A stretch of DNA of 64,000 nucleotides, from positions 18,489 through 82,488 of the forward strand of contig JBNLED010000218.1 of NCBI GenBank assembly GCA_050304755.1, in the 5' to 3' direction. Source of the DNA: Polyangia bacterium. Its GTDB lineage: Bacteria > Myxococcota_A > Polyangia > JAAYKL01. The notes beneath the pieces are model-generated. The model worked only from the letters and a program-made list of their open reading frames with translations, made no database searches and was not told the origin of the DNA. Below, piece after piece: positions 28,205 through 37,930 of the stretch (within the stretch, counting starts at the first letter, position 1; each line of letters begins with the position of its first letter). The position numbers and the translations under genes were made by a program.

Positions 28205-30007
28205 ATGAGGGGACAAGGGATTTGCCTCGCGATTGCCGCGGGGCTGGTAGTTCTGGCCTGCGGAGATCGCGCCCCCGTGACCGCCGGCGTCGATACGGAT
28301 ACCCGACACGGCGGCGTCACGCTCCTCGCGGATACCGCGACGGTCGAGGGTGACACCGCGACCGCCGGGGGCGACACCGCCTCCGCCCGGGGCGACACCG
28401 CCTCCGTTGAAGAAACGCCGGTGACGCTCGAGAATATCGAAGTGCTGCTCAATCCGTACGGACGGGCTCCCCTCACGGCGATCATCAAGGTGACCCACCC
28501 GCTCCTGGTGCCGGAGGAGGTGAGATCGATCCGGGTGACCGTCGAGGGCCAAGGGGATCCGCCGGAGGATCTGGTCGCCGAGCTCGACCCCCGATCGGAG
28601 GCGTACAGGACGAGCTTCGACATGGGCGATCAGGTGTTCGCGGGGGAGTTGGGGATTCCCGTGCTGGGGCTCTATCCGGAGTCGGACAACCGGATCGGGC
28701 TCGAGGTCGGCACCCCTGATGCGACTTTTCGCGGGGAGGTGGTGATCACCACCGACGTCATCCCGGAGCTCGAGGGGGAGACGGCCCGCGTCCAGGTCCT
28801 CGATCCGGATCGCATCGAGCCCGGGTGGACCTATATCGACAAGCGGGTCTACGACCACCAGGGGCGCTGCCGCTGGATCGGTCCGCGGCTCTACCACATC
28901 CTCGAGAATGGCAACATCCTCATCGCCATCGACGAATACAACTGGCTCGGCCGGCGCGTCAGGGATCGGAGCCTGTCGAGGCAGTTCGAGTTCCATCACG
29001 ACGCCATCGGGCTCGGGAACGGCAACTACGTGGTCTGTGTCAACGACCCCGAGACGACCATCGTCAACGCCTTCGGCGAGCTCGTCACCGAAGAGGACCA
29101 AGCCGTGGAGGTGGACGGGGAGACCCGGGAGATGGTCAATGTGTGGGACATGAGGGGGGTGCTGGACGTGGACCGGCACACGGTCTCCCTGAACTACCAA
29201 GGGGCGGACTGGTTTCACATGAACACCGTGACCTACAGCGCCGCGGATGATGCCCTGCTGTTCTCCGGACGGTACCAGGGGATCGTCAAGATGACCCGGG
29301 ACGGCGTCCACGGGGAGGCCCCGAACGCGGGCAAGTCCCTCGTCTGGATTCTGGCCCCCCACATGGGCTGGGGGCCGTCAGGGCCGGACGGCGAGGGGGA
29401 TATCGATCCCAACGACTACCTGCTCACCGCGGTGGACTCCGAAGGTCGCCCCTATCCGGAGGAGGTCCAGAACAACCTGGCGCCCCCTTCGGCGGACCGG
29501 GAGGCGTTCTACTGGCCCATAGGGCAGCACGGCATCGAGATCACTGATCGGGAGGAGGGGAAGATCGCCTTTCTCACCTTCAACAACCAGGCGTCCTTTA
29601 TCTTCGACGGCGAGGACACCATCGACAACGGGGTGACGACCGCCAAGCAGGGAGACCTGAGCAACGACCGCGCCGAGGAGCCCTTCAGCCAGATCATCGA
29701 GTACGAGGTGGACGAGGTCGCCATGACGGTCCGGCAGAAGTGGAGCTTCGGCGAGTATCGCAGCGAGCTCTACGGCGCCTACAACTCGGACGTGTGCGTA
29801 TTGCCCGTTACCCGGAACCGGATGATGACCACCAACGGCGCGGACTGGCACGAGGACAGGCCGCCCCACCCCCACGTCATCGAGATGACCCTGGAGGGGG
29901 AGGAGCTGTATCACCTGGAGATCGAGAACGCGACCTTCTCCGCCATGCGCGGCGGGCGCATCGATCTCTACCACCCGGAGCGACTGGCGCCGCGGTCGAA
30001 CCGATGA
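28205..30007 (+). CDS. arylsulfotransferase (ASST)-family-like beta-propeller lipoprotein
   Basis: Lipoprotein signal LVVLACG. FEFHHDAIGLGNGNYVV, WDM, DWFHMNTV match ASST (PF05935-like) motifs (by recall). Confidence 0.65.
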   Translation: MRGQGICLAIAAGLVVLACGDRAPVTAGVDTDTRHGGVTLLADTATVEGDTATAGGDTASARGDTASVEETPVTLENIEVLLNPYGRAPLTAIIKVTHPLLVPEEVRSIRVTVEGQGDPPEDLVAELDPRSEAYRTSFDMGDQVFAGELGIPVLGLYPESDNRIGLEVGTPDATFRGEVVITTDVIPELEGETARVQVLDPDRIEPGWTYIDKRVYDHQGRCRWIGPRLYHILENGNILIAIDEYNWLGRRVRDRSLSRQFEFHHDAIGLGNGNYVVCVNDPETTIVNAFGELVTEEDQAVEVDGETREMVNVWDMRGVLDVDRHTVSLNYQGADWFHMNTVTYSAADDALLFSGRYQGIVKMTRDGVHGEAPNAGKSLVWILAPHMGWGPSGPDGEGDIDPNDYLLTAVDSEGRPYPEEVQNNLAPPSADREAFYWPIGQHGIEITDREEGKIAFLTFNNQASFIFDGEDTIDNGVTTAKQGDLSNDRAEEPFSQIIEYEVDEVAMTVRQKWSFGEYRSELYGAYNSDVCVLPVTRNRMMTTNGADWHEDRPPHPHVIEMTLEGEELYHLEIENATFSAMRGGRIDLYHPERLAPRSNR

Positions 30008-30026
30008 ACCGAGCCGCTGATCCGAG

Positions 30027-31781
30027 ATGATAGTTACTTTAGGGCATTTGAGTATTGTCGGCCTTCTCTTCTTTGGAGCGGCGTGCGGCGATCACGCCCC
30101 CTTCCGCCCTTTGGAGGAGGAGGGGGACACCGTACCGATCCCCGATTCCGATCCCGTCATCCTTCTCGAGTCGATCGGGAGTGACACCGGAGAGGTCGAG
30201 GTCGAGGCCGCCACCCCCCTTCCGGAGGAGAGCGTCGAGGTCCTGCTGAACCCCTACGACAGCGCGAAGCTCGCGGCCATCGCCGTCGTCCGCCACCCCG
30301 ACGTCTCCCCCGAGGCGGTGGACGAGATGCGCATCACCGTCACCGGTCAGCGGGGGGCGGAGAACCTCACAGCGATGCTCGATCCCCGATCGGCGGCCTT
30401 CGAAGCCCACTTCGGCATGGACGATCAGCTGGCCGACGGGGAGGTGGGCGTCCCAATCCTCGGGCTGTTCGCGGGCCTCGTGAACGAGGTGGCGATCGGG
30501 CTCCGCGTCGAGGAGACGTGGTACGAGGGTCGAGTCGACATCCCGGTGGAGCCGATCCCCGAGCTCGACGAGGAGAGCGTGACCGTCGACCTCATCGCGC
30601 CCGAACGGATGGCGCCGGGGTGGACCTACCTGAACGGCCGGGTCTACGATCACCAGGGCAACTGCCGGTGGATGGGCCGCAAGATCTTCCACCTCCTCGA
30701 CAACGGCAACATCCTCTCCGGGATCGACGAGCGCAACTGGCTCGGACGGAACGTCAACAACCGGAGCCTGCCGGGCCACCTGGGCTTCCACCACGACGCC
30801 GTCGATCTGCCGAACGGAAACATCGTGGCCTGTATCAACAACCAGGAGACCACGGTGGTGGACGCCTTCGGAGACAAGATCACGAGCGTCGAGGACTACA
30901 TCGTCGAGCTGGACCCGGCGGGCGAGATCCGGAACGCGTGGGACATGCGGGAGTTCCTGGACGTGAACCGGGGCACCGTGGCGAGCCTCGGGGACGACTG
31001 GTTTCACATGAACACCCTGGCCTACGACGAGCAGGACGACGCGCTCCTGGTCTCGGGGCGCTTCCAGGGCATCGTGAAGGTCACCCGGGGGGGGATCCGG
31101 GGGGAGACGGCCAACGCGGGCAAGGCGCTGGTGTGGATCTTGGCCCCCCACCTGGACTGGGGCCTGGCGGGGCCGGACGGCGCGGGGGATATCGATCCCA
31201 ACGACTACCTGCTCACCGCGGTGGATTCGAACGGAACGCCTTACGCCCAGGCGGTCCAGGACAACCTCGCGGCGCCGGAGCCGGGGGAGGAACCGTTCCA
31301 CTGGCCGGTGGGGCAGCACGGCCTCGAGATCACCGAGCGCGGCGAGGGCCGGCTCTCAATTCTCACCTTCAACAACCAGGCCTCCTTCATCTTCGACGGC
31401 GAGGGGACGGTGGACAACGGCGCCGGGCTCACCTTCGAGGGGGACCTGAGCAACGACCGCGCCGAGGCGCCCTACAGCATGATCATCGAGTACGAGGTGG
31501 ACGAGATCGCCATGACGGTCCGGCAGAAGTGGAGCTTCGGCGAGGGGGAGCACGACTGGTACGGCGGGTTCGCGTCCGGCGTGGCGCAGTTGGGGACCAC
31601 GGGGAATCGCATGATGATCTCCAACGGCGCGGAGCAGCTGCACATGCGGATCAACCCGTACAACCCCCACGTTATCGAGGTCGCCGAGGACGGGGAGATC
31701 CTCTATCACTTTGAGGCGGTGGACACCCAGGAATCGGCGCACCGCGCCGGCCGGATCGACCTCTATCATCCCAGCCCCTGA
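30027..31781 (+). CDS. arylsulfotransferase (ASST)-family-like lipoprotein, tandem paralog of 28205..30007
   Basis: Roughly 60% identical by eye to the upstream gene (FHHDAVDLPNGNIVACIN, DWFHMNTL, GRIDLYHP). Signal LLFFGAACG. Confidence 0.65.
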   Translation: MIVTLGHLSIVGLLFFGAACGDHAPFRPLEEEGDTVPIPDSDPVILLESIGSDTGEVEVEAATPLPEESVEVLLNPYDSAKLAAIAVVRHPDVSPEAVDEMRITVTGQRGAENLTAMLDPRSAAFEAHFGMDDQLADGEVGVPILGLFAGLVNEVAIGLRVEETWYEGRVDIPVEPIPELDEESVTVDLIAPERMAPGWTYLNGRVYDHQGNCRWMGRKIFHLLDNGNILSGIDERNWLGRNVNNRSLPGHLGFHHDAVDLPNGNIVACINNQETTVVDAFGDKITSVEDYIVELDPAGEIRNAWDMREFLDVNRGTVASLGDDWFHMNTLAYDEQDDALLVSGRFQGIVKVTRGGIRGETANAGKALVWILAPHLDWGLAGPDGAGDIDPNDYLLTAVDSNGTPYAQAVQDNLAAPEPGEEPFHWPVGQHGLEITERGEGRLSILTFNNQASFIFDGEGTVDNGAGLTFEGDLSNDRAEAPYSMIIEYEVDEIAMTVRQKWSFGEGEHDWYGGFASGVAQLGTTGNRMMISNGAEQLHMRINPYNPHVIEVAEDGEILYHFEAVDTQESAHRAGRIDLYHPSP

Positions 31782-31885
31782 CCCGTACCCGTCGGACGGC
31801 GCGACCTCGCGGACACGGCGGCCAGCGCATCAGCCCCATCGAGATCGAGGTAAAGAGGTCAGACTTTGCAGGTGTCCGAAGCGGT

Positions 31886-32314
31886 CTACTCGGGAGAGGA
31901 CGCGTCGATCCGCTTGGCCCGGCAATCGGTGTCGATGACCTCGATGTTCAGCCCCTTCCCGAAGAAGAAGGCGATCGGGTGGTCGCCGAACGCCTCCCCG
32001 GGTTGCGGTGGGACGATGGATCGCAGGCCTCGCTCCTTCAGCTCGACCACGCCGCTGTCGAGGTCCTCGGTCTTGAAGCACAGGTGATGGAGGGTTCCGC
32101 CTTTCTTTAGAAATCTCGTAACGGTCGAAGACGCCTCGCTCGGCTGGATGAGCTTGACCGTGAGGGAATCGTCCTTCTCCATGAAGGCGACATAGACCTT
32201 CTGGCGGGTGTTGAGGACGACCTCCGTCGCCTGACGATAGTCGAACACGGTCTCCCAGTAGCGGATGGCCTCCTCGATGTCCTTCACCGCGATTCCGATA
32301 TGATCGATATGCAT
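31886..32314 (-). CDS. VOC-family protein, methylmalonyl-CoA epimerase-like
   Basis: MHIDHIGIAVKDIEEAIRYWETVF and GTLHHLCF are typical of the MCE/glyoxalase fold. ~142 aa. Confidence 0.8.
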   Translation of the reverse strand: MHIDHIGIAVKDIEEAIRYWETVFDYRQATEVVLNTRQKVYVAFMEKDDSLTVKLIQPSEASSTVTRFLKKGGTLHHLCFKTEDLDSGVVELKERGLRSIVPPQPGEAFGDHPIAFFFGKGLNIEVIDTDCRAKRIDASSPE

Positions 32315-32393
32315 GGTCGCGTTCTCCTCCTTCTGAATCGTTCGGATCACTCTACGTTATCCCGATCCTAACGGCAATTCATTGAGGGCGGCG

Positions 32394-33071
32394 TCATGAT
32401 TTCGTCCGCCGCCCCACCCAGATGACGTGGTGCGAACCCTTGCGTGTCGTATGGGACCTGACCCGGTGGCACACCACCGCGAAGCCGGCGCGCTTCAGAC
32501 GATCGCCGAACCCCGTGTCTTCGCCGGCGGACCACACGGCGACGACGCCGCCTCGTCCGAGCACCCGGGCGACGCGGGAGAGCCCCGCCGCGGAATAGAG
32601 CCATTCGTTGCTCTCCTGAGTGAGCCCCTCGGGGCCGTTGTCCACATCCAGCAGCACGAGATCATACCGGGATGACGGATTGCGCAGCAGATCGATGATA
32701 TCGCCCACGATCACCGTGACCCGTGGATCCGACAGCGGATGCCCCGCGTGCTCCCCGAGGGGACCGCGATTCCACTCTACCACCGCCTCGACCAGCTCGG
32801 ACACGGTGACCGACGCCGTCGGCGGGAGCCGGTCCAGCGCCGCGCGCAGCGTGTACCCGCACCCCAATCCCCCGATCAGCACCCGCGCGCCGCGGCGGGC
32901 GCCCAGAGCGTCGATGGCCAGCCCGGCGAGGGCGGTCTCCGAGCGCATGGCCCGCGTCCCCATCAGGACCTGGCCGTCGGTGCGGATCACGAGCTCCCCG
33001 TCCCGCTGATACAACTCGATCAGGGTCCCGTCCGGCGTGCGACCGTGGTCGAGGCGGATCCAGGGTTTCAT
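32394..33071 (-). CDS. spermidine synthase-like class I SAM-dependent methyltransferase fold protein
   Basis: VLIGGLGCGYT (GxGxG), DLVLLDVDNGPE, ~225 aa. Confidence 0.7.
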   Translation of the reverse strand: MKPWIRLDHGRTPDGTLIELYQRDGELVIRTDGQVLMGTRAMRSETALAGLAIDALGARRGARVLIGGLGCGYTLRAALDRLPPTASVTVSELVEAVVEWNRGPLGEHAGHPLSDPRVTVIVGDIIDLLRNPSSRYDLVLLDVDNGPEGLTQESNEWLYSAAGLSRVARVLGRGGVVAVWSAGEDTGFGDRLKRAGFAVVCHRVRSHTTRKGSHHVIWVGRRTKS

Positions 33072-33214
33072 AGCGGCCCCGCGGGGCGTGTCAACGCAGT
33101 GATGATCAATCGCTCCATGCTCCGGAAGGTGTACCGCGTCCCGCGCCGATCCTGAAACGAAAAGCGACAGGTTCCGGTCAGCCGGCAGGCGCCGTCGGCC
33201 GGCTGGCGGGCGGG

Positions 33215-34999
33215 GTGGCGCACGATTTCAACAACCTGATCACCGTTCACCCCCCGGGGCCTGCTTCAGCGCGTCCGGAAGATCCTCGACAGGTAGGCGC
33301 CGTCCGGCAACATCGCCGAACCGCGGAATGTCCCTCCGGGCCGATCGAATTCTTCCGGTTGTGGTATTCTTCACCTGTGCGGCATCGGTCAAAACAACGC
33401 GGACGGGCTCCCTTTCTCGCATTCTCACTCGTCACCCTGGCCTTCGGTGGTGTCCTCTCCGCACGGCTGTTCCGGATCGCCGGCGGGCCCGAGGCGCTGT
33501 CGTTCACTGCGATCGGCGTCGCGGGCGCACTCGCCGGCCTCACGGCGCTCACCTTCCCCGGATGGCTCCGGCGCCGAGATCACTGGCTGCTGCTGTTCCC
33601 ACTACTCGGCGCCGTCGCCTCCGTCGTTCACGTCGCGCTATCTGGCCCCGTCCTCGCCGATCTCTACCGCGCCCTCGCGGCGCCCCCTGGCGCCGACGCC
33701 CTCGCGGCCCATCACCGCGCCCGCCTCCAGCTGACCGGCGTCGCCTTCGGCTTCTTTGTCACGGGGCTCCACGGTCACCTCTGGATCGGCGTCACCGCCG
33801 CCCTCGCCCTATTCGCCCTGGCCGGCCGAGCGACGCTCGAAGACGGGCCGCCGAGTAAGACACCGATCCGGCGGCTCGTTCTCTTGGAGGGGCTCGCGCT
33901 CCTGCCCCCGCTCCTGCTCCTCGGGACGGCGATCTATTACCACACAACGTCCTATCCCTTCGGCCGCGCCGTCGCCGTGGTGCTCGGCGAAGTCGTCGGG
34001 AGCAGAACCCTCGTCTCCTATTTGCTGCTGCTGGTCCTGCTGCTCTCGTGCTTCCTGCAGCTGAACGTCATCGCGCTCCTCCGGCTCCACCAGGGCCCCG
34101 TCGTCGAGGGGGCGCGGTTCCAACCGGCCGTTCTCAGCGCGCCGGCGATGCTCATCGCCGTCCTCTCCGCGGCGTTGCTGCTCTCGGGGATGCTCGGCGC
34201 TCAGATCGCCGGACGCCTGCTGCCGCTGTATCCGGACACGACCCAAGACGTCCTCGCAGGTCCCTTCTTCATCAGGACGCTGACGGAGACCGCCTACCTC
34301 TGGCTCACGCCGGTCTACTGGTGCCTCGTCGCGGCCGGGGTCTCCTTGTCGATCTATGCGCTGTGGCGGATGACCGCCCGGCGGTGGGCGCTGGGGCTTC
34401 CCCTGCTGGTGGCGGGGTTGCTCGTCGCCCCGGACGCGCTCCTCGGCGCCCGGCTGAACGCGCTCCCCGAGCCTTCCCGGGACGAGCGCTGTGACAACCT
34501 GGACGAGTGGATCCTGCTCCTCCAGCGCCGGACCCTCGCGACCCCCATGCACTTACTGGACGACCTCGACGGGCTCGTCGTGGCGGAGGCTCTCGACCTC
34601 CCCGAGAGCACCGCCGACGGCCGCCTATGGGATGTCACGACGGTCGTCGTAACGAAGAAACATCTCCTCTTCAACGGGAGAAAGCTGAGCGGGATCCGGG
34701 ACGGACGGATCGTCAATAACGCCTCCGACCGCGCGCCGCTCCTGCCCGCGCTCTACGACGGGCTGCGGGAGGAGAGACGGCGGTACCAGGGCCTCGGCGA
34801 GAGCGCGGTCAACAACGAGTTCCTCCTGGCGATGGACCGAAGCACCCGAATCCAGACCCTACACCGCGTGCTGCTCACCGCCCGGAAGGCCGGGTACACT
34901 ACCGTCAACCTGGCCACGAAGGACGACACCCCCCACTTCGACGGGTATCCCCGCTGCCCCCGGGTGTCCGGAGTGTCCGCGCAACTTAATCCGCGATGA
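33215..34999 (+). CDS. polytopic inner-membrane protein (10 or more TM helices) with a soluble C-terminal domain faintly ExbD/TolR-like; start codon uncertain
   Basis: Long hydrophobic helices throughout. C-terminal HLLFNGRKLSG...STRIQTLHRVLLTARKAGYTTVNLAT. Divergent from the spermidine-synthase-like gene. Confidence 0.5.
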   Translation: MAHDFNNLITVHPPGPASARPEDPRQVGAVRQHRRTAECPSGPIEFFRLWYSSPVRHRSKQRGRAPFLAFSLVTLAFGGVLSARLFRIAGGPEALSFTAIGVAGALAGLTALTFPGWLRRRDHWLLLFPLLGAVASVVHVALSGPVLADLYRALAAPPGADALAAHHRARLQLTGVAFGFFVTGLHGHLWIGVTAALALFALAGRATLEDGPPSKTPIRRLVLLEGLALLPPLLLLGTAIYYHTTSYPFGRAVAVVLGEVVGSRTLVSYLLLLVLLLSCFLQLNVIALLRLHQGPVVEGARFQPAVLSAPAMLIAVLSAALLLSGMLGAQIAGRLLPLYPDTTQDVLAGPFFIRTLTETAYLWLTPVYWCLVAAGVSLSIYALWRMTARRWALGLPLLVAGLLVAPDALLGARLNALPEPSRDERCDNLDEWILLLQRRTLATPMHLLDDLDGLVVAEALDLPESTADGRLWDVTTVVVTKKHLLFNGRKLSGIRDGRIVNNASDRAPLLPALYDGLREERRRYQGLGESAVNNEFLLAMDRSTRIQTLHRVLLTARKAGYTTVNLATKDDTPHFDGYPRCPRVSGVSAQLNPR

Positions 35000-35113
35000 T
35001 GAAATCCGGGCAGATCTCCATTCCGGCGAAACACGGTAAAGTGACGATGATGGCGTAGCAGCTCTCTGCGAGGGGCTCGACTATTTACAACGCCGCGCGG
35101 GACGCAGTGACGT

Positions 35114-37465
35114 TCACCGCGCCTCCTTCTCCATGCAGTACCCCTTGTAGCAGCCCACCCGCTCCTGTCGGTCTGTTTCGAGGTTGTAGCGGTATTCGTA
35201 CTCATCGCCGCAGCACCCGGCGGTGAATCTGAGATCGTCGTCCGTTTCCCATCTCAGGAACGAGAGGAATCCCTCGTCTTCATGAAGGCCGCCCGTCACC
35301 TGCCGATGGGGAACGGTCTTCTCGGTGACCCCCGCGGTCATCTGCTCGGCGGTGTAGATGAGATAGCGCTCCCGGTCCGGAGAGATCGCCGCGGCGTATT
35401 TTCCGGAGGGGGACCACTGGATGCCGGAGACCTCCGGGCCGAAGGGGATGAACCACGGGGTGGCGGTCCCGGCCTCCGCGTCGACGACGAACAGCGCTTC
35501 GATGCAGCACTCCAGGCAGTCCGCGATGTCGCTGGAGGTGGCCTGGCCGACGGCGACCATGACCAGGGGGACCGCCGGGTTGGGGCGGACATCGATGATC
35601 CGCCGGTCGAACGGGAGGGCGTGGCGGAGCTCTCCGGACCGGAGGATTTCCAGGGTGCGGCGACCCCGTACGCTGAACGCGAGGCCCTTGGCCAGGGGGG
35701 TCGGCGCCTGGCACCGCTCCCGGTAGACCTCGGCCTTGTCCCTCAACACCTTGGGCAGGCGCGCCAGCTGGGCGTCGTCGACGACGAGCGTCCGCAGCGC
35801 CGGGAGCGACGTCAGGGGGCTGAAGTCCTCGACGCTCGCGTGCTCGATACCCAGGAAGGTCAGGTGCTTCAGGGTGGCGAGGGGACCGAGGTCGGTCACC
35901 CGGGTGCCGGCGAGGCTCAGCCACTTGAGCTCGCCCAGCCCGGCGAGGGCCGCGACGGAGGTTATCTTCGTCTCCCCCAGGTTGAGGTGCTCGAGCTTGG
36001 TCAGATCGGCCAGGGGGACGATATCGGCGATGGGGGTGGCGGAGAGGTCCAGGTGCCATTCGAGGTCGGTCAGGAATCGTAGCGGCGTCAGATCCCGGAC
36101 GGCGGTGCCGTTCAACGAGAGGGAGACCAGCGAGGTGAAGCGGCAAAGCGCCCCGATGTCCTCGATGGGGGCGTTGGTGAGCAGGAGGGCCCGCACCTTG
36201 CCGGTGCGCTTGAGGAGGGCGAGACTCTCGACGCCGGTGCCGCTGAGATCGAGGCTGTCGATCTCCCGGAGGGCGTTGAGGGGGGAGAGGTCGGTCACCT
36301 CCGGCGAACGGCAGGTCACGCTGCTCTCGTCGCTCGCGAGGGTCTGTCCGCAGAACGGGATCCGCCGGGTCTTGTCCTCGAATTCAACGATGATCTCGTC
36401 GGCGCGCCGGCAGGGCACCTTCGGCGACGGCTGGTCGGGATACGCCCCGCCGTACTCTCCGCACACCGAGTCCAGGCGGCGCAGGCGCCCGAGGGGGACC
36501 CCTTTCGCCGCGTCACTCAGCGTGAGGGAGCGCAGCTCCCGGAGGGCGGCGAGGGGCCGGAAGCTCTTCGGGGTGACGTTCCGGAGGGTCAGCCGGGTGA
36601 GGCGCTTCAGCCCTCGGACGGGGGAGAGATCGGTCACGCCGGTGTCGCTCAGGCCGAGGGCGCGCAGGGATCGGAGCCCCTTGATGGGCGCGAGATCCGC
36701 CACCGGCGTCCCCCGGAGGTCGAGGGCCTCGAGGCGGGTCAGGCCGACCAGGGGAGAGAGGTCCGTGACGTTCGTTTCGTGGAGGTCGAGGCGCTCGAGA
36801 TCGCCAAGCGCCGCGAGGGGAGAGAGGTCCTCCACGAGGGTGGCCCCCAGGAAGAGCGCCCGCAGGCGGGAGAGCCCTTTGAGGGGGCTCAAATCATCCA
36901 CCGGGGACTCGTTGAGGTTGAGCTCCTCGAGCAGGGGCAGGGCTGCGACGGCGCGGAGGTCCAGCCCATCCGGCGGATCCTGGTCGGGACCGGTCTCGTT
37001 GCCGACGCCGAAGACCACCAGCCGCGTGAGCTTGTCGAGGCGGCGGAGGGGCTCCAGGCTCGACACGTTGGTCTCCCAGAGCTCCAGCTCCCGGAGCGCC
37101 GTGAGCCTTTCGACAGGGGAGAGATCGGTCACGCCGATCCCCCGGACCTCGAGCCGTTGCAGCGCCGAGAGCCCTCTGAGGGGGCTCAGATCGTCCAGGT
37201 CGATGTCCCGGCAGACCACCTCCACTGCGTCCTTCGGGATGACCTGATCACAGAAGAACACTGCGTTCTCCGGGAGGTCGACGGCGATCGGGGGGGCGAC
37301 GCAGACCGGCGGCATACGGGGGCCCCCGGGGGGCGCGATCGGGCCGGGGCCGGGCTCGGAGGGGGGCGCCGCGGGCGTCACCGGTCGCGGCCGATCGCCG
37401 CAGCCGAGCAGCACGATGAGAGAGAGAAAGGTCGGCCAAGACACACACCGATGAGCCGTTGACAT
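35114..37465 (-). CDS. LRR lipoprotein (about 20 LSPL-type repeats) with a C-terminal beta-propeller/TolB-like domain
   Basis: GGAGG RBS before MSTAHRCVSWPTFLSLIVLLGCG. Repeats TDLSPL..L..L..L.L. Tail WFIPFGPEVSGIQWSPSGKYAAAISPDRERYLIY. Confidence 0.8.
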   Translation of the reverse strand: MSTAHRCVSWPTFLSLIVLLGCGDRPRPVTPAAPPSEPGPGPIAPPGGPRMPPVCVAPPIAVDLPENAVFFCDQVIPKDAVEVVCRDIDLDDLSPLRGLSALQRLEVRGIGVTDLSPVERLTALRELELWETNVSSLEPLRRLDKLTRLVVFGVGNETGPDQDPPDGLDLRAVAALPLLEELNLNESPVDDLSPLKGLSRLRALFLGATLVEDLSPLAALGDLERLDLHETNVTDLSPLVGLTRLEALDLRGTPVADLAPIKGLRSLRALGLSDTGVTDLSPVRGLKRLTRLTLRNVTPKSFRPLAALRELRSLTLSDAAKGVPLGRLRRLDSVCGEYGGAYPDQPSPKVPCRRADEIIVEFEDKTRRIPFCGQTLASDESSVTCRSPEVTDLSPLNALREIDSLDLSGTGVESLALLKRTGKVRALLLTNAPIEDIGALCRFTSLVSLSLNGTAVRDLTPLRFLTDLEWHLDLSATPIADIVPLADLTKLEHLNLGETKITSVAALAGLGELKWLSLAGTRVTDLGPLATLKHLTFLGIEHASVEDFSPLTSLPALRTLVVDDAQLARLPKVLRDKAEVYRERCQAPTPLAKGLAFSVRGRRTLEILRSGELRHALPFDRRIIDVRPNPAVPLVMVAVGQATSSDIADCLECCIEALFVVDAEAGTATPWFIPFGPEVSGIQWSPSGKYAAAISPDRERYLIYTAEQMTAGVTEKTVPHRQVTGGLHEDEGFLSFLRWETDDDLRFTAGCCGDEYEYRYNLETDRQERVGCYKGYCMEKEAR

Positions 37466-37495
37466 GCGCCCTCCATCCTGCTGAAGCGTGGTCAC

Positions 37496-37930
37496 TCGAC
37501 GGTAGGGGCTTCAGCCGTTCGCGCGATGACGTTCTTGGTTGTGGCCCCGTTAGCGGCCCCTAGCGGCCCCTATTCCAGATCCTTGAGATTGTCATCGGCC
37601 CGACCCGCGGTCGCCATGGTGATCAGGATCGTCAATAAGCTGGTACAACAGAGAAAACGCATCGCGAGAGCACCTCCCTCATCTGGATAATGGATGGTAC
37701 TATAGTTCCATACTTCCATCAATTATCCCTTCGGAAAGACCGACATGGCCGGTCAGTCATTCGACACGGCACGCGAACTCGTCCACCGCCAGCCCCCCCT
37801 GCGCCGCCGTTCCATATCTGAAAGCCGAAGTGGATGTCTTCGAAAATCGCACTTCGTCAATTTGTCGACACGGTTGTCGCCGTTCCGGGTATCATGTATA
37901 AACTGTGCTTTTACATAAAAGGGAAAATCG
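37496..37930. promoter_or_regulatory. divergent intergenic region between two LRR genes with an AT-rich patch and TAGCGGCCCC x2 direct repeat
   Basis: 435-bp gap with local GC drop at 37680-37740. Presumed divergent promoters; no consensus element identified with confidence. Confidence 0.3.

Noticed and set aside
33215-33500. ATG start at 33215 for the polytopic membrane protein
   Set aside because: The first ~60 codons look non-membrane and Arg/Pro-rich. The true start is probably an internal GTG/TTG. The CDS is kept but the start is flagged uncertain.
35280-36146. Internal + and - ORFs (266 to 288 aa) inside the LRR gene 35114..37465
   Set aside because: Alternate frames of a GC-rich repeat gene. 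No signal, no motifs.
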